Assembly (NCBI RefSeq): GCF_009914755.1
Contig: NC_060941.1
Reading direction: 5' to 3' (one strand)
Source: the human T2T-CHM13v2.0 reference genome, Homo sapiens
DNA: 64,000 nt
Shown here: positions 51,066-64,000 of the stretch, piece by piece
Layout: each line of letters begins with the position of its first letter
Numbering within the stretch: the stretch's first letter is position 1
Position numbers and translations under genes: made by a program
Notes under the pieces: model-generated
The model's database searches: none
Told to the model about the DNA's origin: nothing
Seen by the model: only the letters and a program-made list of their open reading frames with translations

Positions 51066-53431
51066 GTGGGCTCTGGAAGGAGCCAGCCACCGTTGCCCTC
51101 TGGGCACTCACCATCTCACCCCTCAGGCTCCAACAGGGTTCCACGTGACCAATCCCCGAGGGGAGAGGAGACTGCGGAGAGGATGGGAGGCAAAGCACCT
51201 CCTTCAAGCTCCAGGGAGGCAGGAGGATTTGTTTAGGAGTGGCCCTGTGCAGAGGTAGGGGCATGGCTGAGAACACCTTGGGAGGTGGTGTGAAGCTGAG
51301 TCCAGGAGCCGCCAGCCCTCCCTGCCACTCAGCTCAGGGGTCACTTGGGTAGCTTCAGCCTCAACAGCCGTGGAGTCAAGTGTCTCCTCTACAAAAATAA
51401 TTCCCAAATAAGTCACTGCCTTCACCCCTGGGACTGGCTGGTGCACCCAAATTGGAGTCGCCACCCAGCCCCCTTGAGCATTGCCTTGCTGGCTGATCCA
51501 ACAGAGGCAGAATTAGCTGATGAGGCTACCACAGCGGGAGGGAACTGACCTGAGGCCGCCTGGAGAGATGGGACCCCGAGGGCCCTTTCTGGCACTACTC
51601 ACTTGTTGGGTCTGGGGAATTAAAACACACTCCCCCTCTCTGGGTCTCAGTTTAACAGGGAGGAGACCACCACCTTCCAAACCTCAGTGACGGCATCAGG
51701 CTGGGGGTGGTGCTGGGCCTCCTGCGTCTGTGTCTGGAGACGCAGCTGACTCCCTGACAAGCCCAGACATGCAGCTGTTCCTGCAGAGGAAGCAGCAGGA
51801 ACTGGGGAAGGGCAGAGCGCTGAGGGAGGGGCAAGAGGGATGCAAGGACACCACAGTGACCGCGTGCAGCGAAGCGAGTATGAGCAGAGTCCCAATCTCC
51901 AGGTCCCCTCTCCGCGGAAGCACTTTTGTCTTTATTGGAAATTTCCTCCCATGTAACATCTGACCTCTACCTTCTCTTCTACAGATGAGCTCTGCTGTGA
52001 GTCCCAGCGGGCTGAGACACTGTGACTGCCCACCTGTCCCCAGGTGCCCCTTCTATACAGCCCCATCCCTTCCCAGGGATGCTCAGTGGCTGCGGCCACC
52101 CTTGCTTTCTGCCACTCAGCCCTTGCAGGGGCTTCACACCCCAAGAGGGGCAGTCTGGGCTGGGGCTCCTGGACTCCCTAAGGCATTATCCCATCCCCGC
52201 AAGTTGCCCGGCCGGGCCCTGAAGGAAAGGGGCCCCGGACCCAGACCCGAAGGCTGCTCACCAGAGGCTCTGCCCAGGGACTCTCACCTCTCCAGCCACT
52301 CCAACTCCCCTCCGGCTTTCCTGTCATTTCCTGATGCCACAAATCTTCTGACATCCTCCCTCTTCCCCAGTGAATTTCTTCCCCAGGCCCTCCCCTTCCT
52401 CAACCTGCTTCATACTGGACATTCCCAGCTGGTAGGATCTGCCTGTGGCTCTGCACAGGAGGCTGGGCAAGGGTGGAGAAGACTGGGGGAGCTGTCTCCC
52501 ATGACCCCAGCAGAGGCGAGAGACAGAAGCTGCATCTGGGACCTGTCGGCTGCAGTTTTGGGCATTCATACCCACCTAAGCATTCTGGAACAGCCCTGAA
52601 CCTGGGCATCAAACTCCCCAGGCTTGAGAATGGTGAACACTACTATTAGGCGCCCCTTCCTCCAGGCCTATGCCGACTCCCCTGTGCCCATGGAAGCTGT
52701 GTAGTCCATGCTGGCTCTGGCTCATGTGGGTGTCCGGACAGTGAGGCCGAGGCGGCAAGGGCCCTTTACTCTGTGCACTCCCAGCTCCCCATCCCAGCCA
52801 GGGCAGCCTTGACCCTCCTGCCCCCTTGCTGTGCCATGTGTCAGTTGGCTGGGATCATGCTCTTCCCCCGTCTCCATCAAGAGGATCCAACAGCATCTTG
52901 CAGCTAACACTGGGGCATGGGAGTGAGGGAAACAAACATGGTACCCACTCTTCTGTCCTAATGTTTAGAATCATGGGGCAGAAAAGCATCCTAGAACTCA
53001 TCTAGCCCAACTGTCATTTTACAGAAAACAGGACAGAGAGAAAATGACCAGCCTAAAGCTCTTGGCTACTCAGGGCAGCTGGGACAGGGGTCTGGTTTCC
53101 CGGCATGGAGCCACAGTGTCTGGATGTGCTGGAACTCGGCACATCCCCCTGAGAGTTAGCTGCAGAGGTGGCGTATGGGAGAGGAGGCTGGAAAATAGGC
53201 TTGGAGGTTTCGTCCAGGCACACAGATTCTCTCCCCCTAATCCTCAGCCCCTCCTTTTCTCCCTTTCAGCAGCAGTTATAAAATCCAGGAAATAAATGTG
53301 GATTGATGGCCTACAAAGGGCTTAGTTAGTGCTGTGACCTGCTGAGTTATGTAACTGCTATTTATTATCGGCCTTGGATGAAGTTTCCATTGAAGCAACT
53401 CACTAAGCTGATTCCATGACATTTCTTTTAG

Positions 53432-53842
<411 letters not shown>

Positions 53843-54944
53843 CCTTCTTTCATTTGGGTCAATTCTTCTCTCATCCATATCAACCCTGTTGACCTCAGCA
53901 ATGGTCCCAGGCTTTAGGTGCTTGGGTCCCTGGGCTATGGGCCGCATGATGGGGGCTGAGAGAAGCTGTTTTCCCTGCCCCTGGCAAAGGAAAGGGGTTG
54001 AGAAGAACCCAGGGCTATGAGAATCTGGAGCAGCCAGTGGAAAATGCACAGAATGAAGTCAAGATTCTAGTCCCACCTCTGCTGCCACTCTTGGTCTCAG
54101 GTTGATTATTAGTAAAGTGAACTGCTTCCCTCGGCTCTACAACTTGACCCTCCGTAGTGCAGCACCCTCCTTGGTCTGGCCTGCTGTCATGCAGGGTTCG
54201 CCAGCCCACTGAGGATGAAGAGGAGGGCTGAGGGGCTGGTAGGCTCTGGGTGCTGGCAAGCGGAAGGGAGGAAAGGTAACACTAACATGGCGCCACCGTG
54301 TGTTCAAAAGGGAGCAGAGCTGGGTCTCTCCCCAGCAAGGCAGCTTTCCTCTCCCCAACCCCTTTCCTGCTCTGGGAGTGGGTGGTGGCAGAAAGCCAAG
54401 GATCCTCCTAATTCATCTTCACCTCTCAGCCATTCACCTTAGTTGCCAAAGGGGCCCTTGGGAGAAGCTCCCCGAAGGCTCTAATGCCATCCTAAAGTAG
54501 CCTTTTGGAGACTTCCAAAAGGTTCAAGAAGGAAAAGACCCAAAGGAAGTCTAGGACCCAGAGAACTCAACAGTGTCTCTCTTCCTAATTAAGACACATT
54601 CCTCCCATTCATGGAAGGGTTCATCCCGATGCCTCGGGACAAACTGGTGCGTCAAACAAAGCAGTTTGTACCAAGTGGTGCAGGCTACATGATTCTCTCC
54701 ATTAAGGATCTGAGCACGTTTGTGACTATTGGGATCTGGCTGGGCATGAAGGCTGCTAGTCCACACAACCCAAGTTGCAATGGAAGAGACGGCCCACCCT
54801 CAAAGGATGTCACCTTGAACATAGCCTTACAGGGCATCCAAGCCAAGTCCGTGCTTGTCCCCAAGGACAACTACAACTGGGGACTCAGAGAGATGAGATG
54901 ACTTTTGATGGAGCAGTGGTAGGGAGGGACTAGAATCTACAGTT

Positions 54945-56205
<1,261 letters not shown>

Positions 56206-57805
56206 ATATATGAGCCAGAATTTTGCATTCTTGCTTAGAAGGAGTGATGCTAAGCTTTTTAATCATGTAGAGAAGCATACGACCATCCTTGCCACTGTTC
56301 CACACCATTGTACATCTGATGATGCTAATATCTTATTTGGTCCTTTTTATCTGCTCTACCCACTTATATGCAGTGACTGTGAGTTTAATTATTGTCATAA
56401 AGCATTATGAGCAACAGATACTGAATAAATGTTTTGAGGACATCTGAAAATGTGAAATTTACCACTCTTTCATGCTTCAGTATGCCCCTCAATGTGCCTG
56501 CATAGGAATGAAATTAACTCTTAGATGCAAAAGAGAGTATGAATTATCTTGTGTTTAATTTTCACGGGATACTCCTTTTCCTTAAAATGGGGGGGGGGGG
56601 GTGGGGTGGGACAACAGAGAACAGTATTCCCCAGAAGGTCCAATAGGCCCAAGCGACCCCTGCTTCCTAACACAGTTCTGTTAGGACAGACATGGCCTGG
56701 AACCCTGGTAAATAGAATAGAGATAAGAATATTCTGCATTCAACAGGACTTGCAGGCAGTTTTTCTTTTTATCACATTACAAAGTAGATACCATACCTAC
56801 ATCATTTGTTCAACTACTGCTTCTAATATGCAGCCACAGCACTTGATCACGTCACCATTTCCGCATCTGCTTTCCTTGACTAGCCCAGTCTCCTTGAGAG
56901 TGTCATAGTCATCTTCAGACACCTGGCATCTAGGAACCTCAGGTCTGCTACTGAGTGCCTAGCAGGGCCAGGTGGCAAGAACCCTTGGGGGTGTTACTCT
57001 TCTGACAGTAAGGAAACTGTGACTGAAGGGTCACAAAACTGGGAAACAGGAGATCCAGGATTCAAACCCAAGTCTCCTGATTTGAGATGTGGCACTTGTC
57101 CCAACACACCTGCAGTAGCCTCCAGTGTTCAGTTGTTGTACCGCCCACTGAGGCACCTGAGCCTTTACTTGTCTCAGTCGGACCTCTTTACCAGTGGGCA
57201 AGGCCACATCTGTGGTTAGGCCTCTGGATCATCTGAAAGCTGTAACACTCTAAAAAGGGGGTTTCCATGAAGATCAACTATGAATTTATAGGCTAAATAC
57301 TTCAGAAAAAACTATCAGATGTTATGCAAATGCAAGCTAGGCATGATAACAACTAAATGGTTATGGCTTTTTCTAGAAAAAAAAAAAAAAATCAGGAAAT
57401 AGCCCTGACACGTGAATACAGACTAATAGGAAATAAAATATTTCCTTTAAGCTTTTAATGTAGCAATTAACTTCCCACCTCCCTTCCCAAAGCACTGGGA
57501 TGACAGGTGTGAGCCACCGTGCCCAGCCTGAGTTCCTCTTGGGCAGATGTTCCCAATGGGAGGATCAGAATCACCTGGTAATTGTTTCCCCATGTTCCCC
57601 AATAGAGTCTGATATTCTTGAGAGGAGAGAAAAAGAAAAAAATGTTTATTCTGTGAATAGCTCCCGGGGTGATTCTGGCCATGCCTCTCTCTCCCAGCCT
57701 AGCTGAGAACTGCAGCTTCTAACTGAAGTCGCTGTTCCCACGGAGCCGGGGCTTATTTGGTCCACTTCTCCTTTGGTGCTTCAAATCAAATTATAACTTC
57801 TTATG

Positions 57806-58040
57806 TTTTGGAGACAGGCTCAACCTCCCTAGGGCTCAGGTGATCCTCCTACCTCAGCCTCCCAAGTAGCTGGGACTACAAGTCCACACCACCATACTCA
57901 GCTAATTTTTAAAATTTTTTGTAGAGATGGGGGTCTCACCATGTTGCTCAGGCTGGTCTCAAACTCCCGGCCTCAAGTGATCTGCCTGCCTCAGCCTCCC
58001 AAAGTGCTGAAATAACAGGTGTGAGCCACTGCGCCCAGCT
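57806..58040 (-). mobile_element. AluJ-like with deletion
   Basis: Reverse Alu lacking part of the right arm. Confidence 0.85.
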
Positions 58041-59485
58041 CCGTAACTCCTTTATGTCTGTGGGTGGGAGTGAATGTTCTGTGGTTAAAAGCAAGGAGCT
58101 AAACTATGTGGCTTCTTTTGTATAGTGTCATTCTGATAAATTGGAAATTCTAATTAATCCAATCCTACCCACTGGCTATCTGGGCCTCATGAGGGACTGG
58201 GCGACAATGGACTCGCAAGCAGGAGTGGTCCTTACTTGTATAGACAACAACCAGGCAAATCAGAGCCGGGCCACAGAACCAGGGAGGGTCAGAGCTAGGA
58301 TTTTTTTAGATTACCTGACTAAGCCACCCTGTCTTTTAACACATGAGAAAAACAAAGGTCCAAATACATGAGAGTTGCATGCTTCAACCTCTGCTAAATA
58401 TCACACTTACCCACTACTCTTTACAGACGCCTGGGCCCAGACCCCACAGGAGGGTCCGATTCCACAGCCCTGTGTGGGGGACTCTGGGATACTATGTTAA
58501 AGTGATTTGCTAGGGTCACAGCCTGGGTTATACAGCCTTCTTTCACACCATACCACTATGTCTTTCTAAAGAAAACGAGTTTAAAGCAAAATTCTATCAA
58601 TTATCCAATATTTAAGGCATTCTGAGAAGTCCCCTAACTATAAAACCTTTCCTAATAAATTGGCTGCTGCTGAAGATTAAGTCCAGGCCCCTTGTGATCT
58701 CTAGGCTTTCATGCCTACACTGAGTCTGAGGGATCAGGGGCTGGTTAAGGAAGAGCCTGGGGGCTGAAGCAGTCTCTCTCCACTAGTCTGAAAGATAGTT
58801 TTTCCACAAGGGGGACACTGCAGACTACAGTTCTAGTGATGAGGCTGGTGCTCCTGCCCTGTTCCCCAGGGACTAAGGGGCAGGCAGGGTAAGGTCCTAT
58901 AAAAACTAGGAATGAGCCGCCCTAGTCATTGTATTCTAGGGCAACCAACCTCACTGAACAGATGACTATGCCTTCATCTAGTGAATGGTCCTATTAACAT
59001 GCCAACTGGGGCAACTTTTACTATCACGTTAAAACCCCACGTTTCTTGAAGGCACAAACAAAACACACTGGAAGAGATTAAATCTCGCTGCACTGAATCT
59101 GGAGTCACATTGTGCTGCCACATGATCAGTTTTATAGTCATTCTTCCTTCCCGAGTCTTGCCCAAGCAAATGGATCACAAATAAGCACGCTGCGTTAAAA
59201 TTACATTACACCCTGCCTCTTATTATTGAATAATTTGGCAAATAGTATGCCTTAGTATCATGTGTGGGCTGTTACTCAGGGATCCCACATTTCTCCTAAG
59301 CCCTCTTGTCTATTCTCATATCTCACCTGAACACGTGAGCCAAGCTGACCAGCATGAGGGTTCCCCACTGCTCACCTTTAGCTGGTGCCAAATGGCAACA
59401 GTCCTGACCCTCAGGAATGACATGTGTGATGGGGAAGATTATTGGACTTGCAAATAAAAACCAAGTTCAGATCCCCAGGAACGGT

Positions 59486-59552
59486 AAAAACAAAACAAAA
59501 CACACTAGACCTCATACATGTTCATATACATATTTATATATATCTCATGTAC
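59486..59552 (-). terminator. Candidate distal poly(A) site of SPAG9 (variant TATAAA hexamer)
   Basis: Minus strand: TGTA (59549-59552), TATAAA (59533-59538), then GTGTGTTTTGTTTTGTTTTT downstream element (59486-59505). Confidence 0.6.
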
Positions 59553-61306
59553 AAAGTTACATTCTGAACCCCAGGGATTCCATAATAGAAATAAATACTG
59601 AAATAACTACATTGCTAAATGAGCTCTTTGCTCATAGAAATGAAGCTCAGCCTCTAAGAGACAGCAAGTGGGACATTCTAGAACCCATTTTTCAGATTAT
59701 AGAGGCAAGTAAAATTCTGATAGAATGTCTTGGACAAAAAACGAATTTGGAACATAAAATGGTTAAGATATATTCAAATAGAGAAATGTATGACAAAATT
59801 AATAAAACTTAATCTTTTAAGAGAAAAGACAGACATTTAGTGTTACAGAATAGCATAACCCTGTTAGAAAAGCATTTATGATTTCCACATTTAATTTTCT
59901 CTTCTACTCTTCCCATGTTACAAAGTGGGACCAAATGAGTCCCTTTCTGAACATGATCAATTAAGAAGAGCCCTAAATCTGGTTGAGTCCTTTGGTAACG
60001 GTCATAATACTCACAAGGAAATAAATATTCAGTTCCATGGCATTTGCAAGACACATGTTCTTTAGGACAGTTAATATTATGACACATCTGTTTTATTTTG
60101 TTACTAAGGCAGCCTATGTTAAAGGGTCTCGTCTCAAATGTAGGAAGACCTTTACAAGAAATGAACAATACAGTAACTGAAAGAATTGATTTTAACCTTT
60201 TCTATGCAAACACAATCTGAAAAGTTATGTGCTGCATATTGTGCTCAAAATGTTTTATACTCTCCACAAGCTGCAATTAAGAGATTCATTCCTATTTTTA
60301 AAATTTAGATCCACATGGGTTAGAGAAAAATACTCTCAAAAGTGAGTTCCTAGAGAATATTATCCCTTTGCCTCACAGAGATTTTAACCTGCATTTAAGA
60401 GTAAGTGTTAGGTTGAGGCATATGATATTGTCGCTTTTGCAGATCAGCAATGGTTGAACACTGGCAATTTCATATGGTTCAACCTTGCACATGACTCAAG
60501 TGTAAAAAAAGGAGAAACCTTCAAGTATTCCTTATTTCTTCCAATAGGGGTACACTTTTTTTGTACAGTGAGATCAACCCAAAGTACGCAAGCCTCTTCT
60601 CTCCCTTGATGTGGTAGCTACAGGCAGTTACATTCCTTTGCTGCTTGTGAGAAGCTTACATTTTGGCATTTTCTTCCAAAAATTACCACGTTGACCAAAG
60701 TAAACATTACAAGAATATGAACTTGTTATTGGGGGAAAGGGGAAGTGAAGCAATCTGTAGAAAATATTTAACTGAAATTACAAACATAAGGACAAGCCTT
60801 TAAAGCAAATTATACAGGCATTTTTGTCCTCTCTCTGGTCCCTGCAGTTAATTAACAGGGCCACAGATAATCTGACATCTTTAGATAAAACAACTACACA
60901 CCTATATTACTTAAGTTAAAGCCAGTAAGTTCAAAAAAAGCAATTACAACCATTTGACATGTTTGTATTTTTCATCTCTAACTCCTGATTTCCTAAATTA
61001 CATTCAGTCATACAAACATGGCTGAACAACAGCAAATGGGATCTGACTCTGGGATGTTTACTTCTTGGGATTAAAATTCCCAAACACTTTGGTGTCTCTT
61101 TCTTGTGAATCTATACAACATTTCCAATAAATGTTTAATAATGATTTTTTAAAAGATATTGCCAAAAATGGCTCAGATTTAAGATGAAATAAAAACATAG
61201 CAAACAAGCTATGGAAAAGTAGCCTACATTTTGGTGCCCTGCAAAAAAGTGACTAAGTAGCTCAAGCAAAAAATTATTCTTTTAATACAGCTTTTACCAA
61301 AACAGT

Positions 61307-61335
61307 TTTAATACATGAGTGGCTACAATTTTATT
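61307..61335 (-). terminator. Candidate intermediate poly(A) signals
   Basis: Plus-strand TTTATT 61330-61335 (AATAAA on minus) and TTTAAT 61307-61312 (ATTAAA on minus). Confidence 0.45.
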
Positions 61336-61646
61336 GTGTACACAATGTGCTTATAGTCACATGTGGCCCAATGGATCCAAATGCCTCCTCTGGCTCATGA
61401 AATCCCATGTACTTCACAATCTAGCCTAATCGTGTATATGCATAAAAGCCACTGGTATACTTTTTACAGACATCTTTGTATAATAGTCCAGAAAAAAAAA
61501 ATCAGTGGTACTTAAGAATGTTTAGACAATTTGACATCTACGTTTGCTTTCTTTTCTTTTCAGTAGTCCTTCTGATGATTGGGGGCCTTTATCCCATAGG
61601 TTTATACTGTTAAAACAGTACATAAAATTACATTTAGCTTTGCTTC

Positions 61647-61999
<353 letters not shown>

Positions 62000-62071
62000 T
62001 CAAGAAGCTTGAGAGGGAAAAAATTGCAGCATCGTGGTTTTAAAAAACTTATTAAGCAAGAAAATCAGTGA

Positions 62072-62402
<331 letters not shown>

Positions 62403-62984
62403 TATTTTTTTTTTTTAATGGGCATTGTGAATGAAAATATGTAATGTCAACCTTTACTTTATGGTATCTTAGGTTTGTCTTCTTCCCCTTCATAGTTTTC
62501 CCCTTTGAGGATAACCCTTCAAGCTCAAAAGGGCACAAAAGCTAAAACGTTATTCACGTACAAAATACCAAGTATATAGCTGTTCTGCAGTTTGATACAG
62601 AACAAAAGAAAATAACTTTTCTAATTAAATCCCTCATTCTGTACTTAGGCCAGACTCCATCCCCACTACAGTTTTACTTGTATTAACAGGTTAAGAGCAA
62701 TCTAGGAACATTTGGCAAACAAGTACATTTTTTACATGGAAAAAACTCAATCAACATCACCATTCTCTGGTACAAGAAATACAAAACACATTTCCTTTAA
62801 AAAATCCTCCCAGTGCTGAAGTATCTTCTAAGCTTCCCAGAGTATGTCCTAAGCTTTATAAATAATAAATCTTTCAGACATGTCAGTATGAAAATGAGAC
62901 TGGTCTCAAAAAAAACCCATCAGAATATTCAGAGAAGTAGGCCTCATAAACTTTAGAGCTCTAATAAGTCAGAAACAGGAAACG

Positions 62985-62990
62985 TTTATT
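62985..62990 (-). terminator. Candidate proximal poly(A) signal
   Basis: AATAAA on minus, ~620 nt after the stop, followed by GTTTCCTGTTTCTG. Confidence 0.5.
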
Positions 62991-63613
62991 TAAATAGTGT
63001 AGTCTTAATTTCTTTAATATAAAACCCCCCCAAATCTGATGAAAACAAAGTTTTATATACCATATAAACAAGATTTGTCAGATTTGAAAGTGAAAGTTAA
63101 AGTAATTTACAGTTAGCTTTTAACCCTCTCGGGACATTTAGATACATCCTGATAATCCATCTTGTATTAGTGTGTGTCAATTTTACAATACACTGGGGAA
63201 AACTCAGCTATTGTATTTAACGGTACAGTTTCATTTATCAAGTGTTTCCCATTAATTCCATTATTAGTGACAGCTAACAAGTGACCCCATCAAATGAAGT
63301 GAATGACATTAGACTGTGGCAGAGTAAACCACATCTGGATTGCTTTCTATAATTCACCAGTTTGCAGGAAGTAAACATTCTTTGATTTGTTCATAATATA
63401 CTGAAGTTACCTATAACACTGGTGCAGTAACACAGCTAGTTCCTCTGTATTGTTATGGTAGAACGGATTTTGTAATATAAAGTTAACAGGAAAAAATGCT
63501 CACACATTATGTGGTGAAACTTATCTCACAAAAGAGCATTAAATAAAAGGATAGAGGGAAAATAAACCATGCAGAAGAGACGGCTTCCCCATCTCCACCT
63601 GTTTCCCATGGGC

Positions 63614-63729
63614 TCACTCATTGCCATACATCACTTGCCACACTATCAAGTGACTCCTTTCTGCTTTGGTGACAGAAGGTTCAAGTGGAAGATCCTCTCC
63701 AAGAAGTTCTGATTCTCCACCTTCATCAC
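63614..63729 (-). CDS. SPAG9: Last coding exon of SPAG9/JIP4 (JNK-interacting scaffold), C-terminal residues plus stop
   Basis: Minus strand reads tcttcttatcattcactAG|GT GAT GAA GGT...GGC AAT GAG TGA = (G)DEGGESELLGEDLPLEPSVTKAERSHLIVWQVMYGNE*, matching the recognised JIP4 C-terminus (SHLIVWQV motif of JIP3/JIP4). Acceptor AG at 63730-63731, stop at 63614-63616. Confidence 0.95.
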
Positions 63730-64000
63730 CTAGTGAATGATAAGAAGACTCAAGTTAGGCTGAACACATAAAATATAGAATGATGTGAGTCAGATGTAAT
63801 GCTCGTGGTTAGTCCATGAACAAGATGCCCAAAACTTGTCTGACTTTCACTGGAGAGTAAATAGTAGAAGAAATACTAAGAGTCAGAATCCTCACCCATA
63901 TTCACCCAAGCCACTGCTTGACTTCAGAAAAGGTTAATTCATTTTTCAGACTGTATTTATAAAATCCAGTTCACTATACTACGTTAAAAAGCCACCCCAA
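63730..64000 (-). other. SPAG9: 3' part of the last SPAG9 intron (continues beyond window)
   Basis: Lies upstream of the acceptor on the minus strand; pyrimidine-rich tract immediately before the AG. Confidence 0.9.

Noticed and set aside
51204-51464. Minus-strand ORF containing AVTYLGIIF, reminiscent of the LINE RT YLG motif
   Set aside because: A single short motif with no other RT motifs in the expected order.
54611-54901. 96-aa ATG ORF (MEGFIPMPRDKL...) in unique sequence
   Set aside because: No recognisable domain, promoter or splice context; this length is expected by chance. PhyloCSF or Ribo-seq would be needed to revive it.

Overview
Primate (human or close ape) genomic DNA, GC-rich and very Alu-dense. 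The only supportable protein-coding sequence is the last coding exon of SPAG9 (JIP4) on the minus strand at 63614-63729 (...GDEGGESELLGEDLPLEPSVTKAERSHLIVWQVMYGNE*). The ORF track misses it. It is followed by an AT-rich 3' UTR of about 4.1 kb ending near 59515, which holds an inverted Alu pair, several alternative poly(A) signals and miR-200-family seed matches. From recall, this places the window in the TOB1-SPAG9 interval of human 17q21.33; BLAT should confirm this. The first ~59 kb is non-coding. It contains roughly 45 Alu elements or fragments, old L1M/L2/MIR fragments, MER33, MER5, MER20, Tigger3a, an MLT1 LTR, one younger L1PA3-like insertion with an apparent 3' transduction, and two orphan CpG islands (~28.5-29.1 kb and ~41.6-42.5 kb). 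None of the listed ORFs looks like a real gene. The most notable unexplained structures are: related CGGTTA-n-TAACCG palindromes in both CpG islands; a poly(A) arrangement that could switch the inverted-Alu hairpin in or out of SPAG9 mRNA; a non-Alu 75-bp inverted repeat; a ~95-bp local duplication inserted into an L2; and a cluster of STAT (GAS) sites. Repeat boundaries and subfamily calls are by eye and approximate. I see no demonstrably new multi-gene system.
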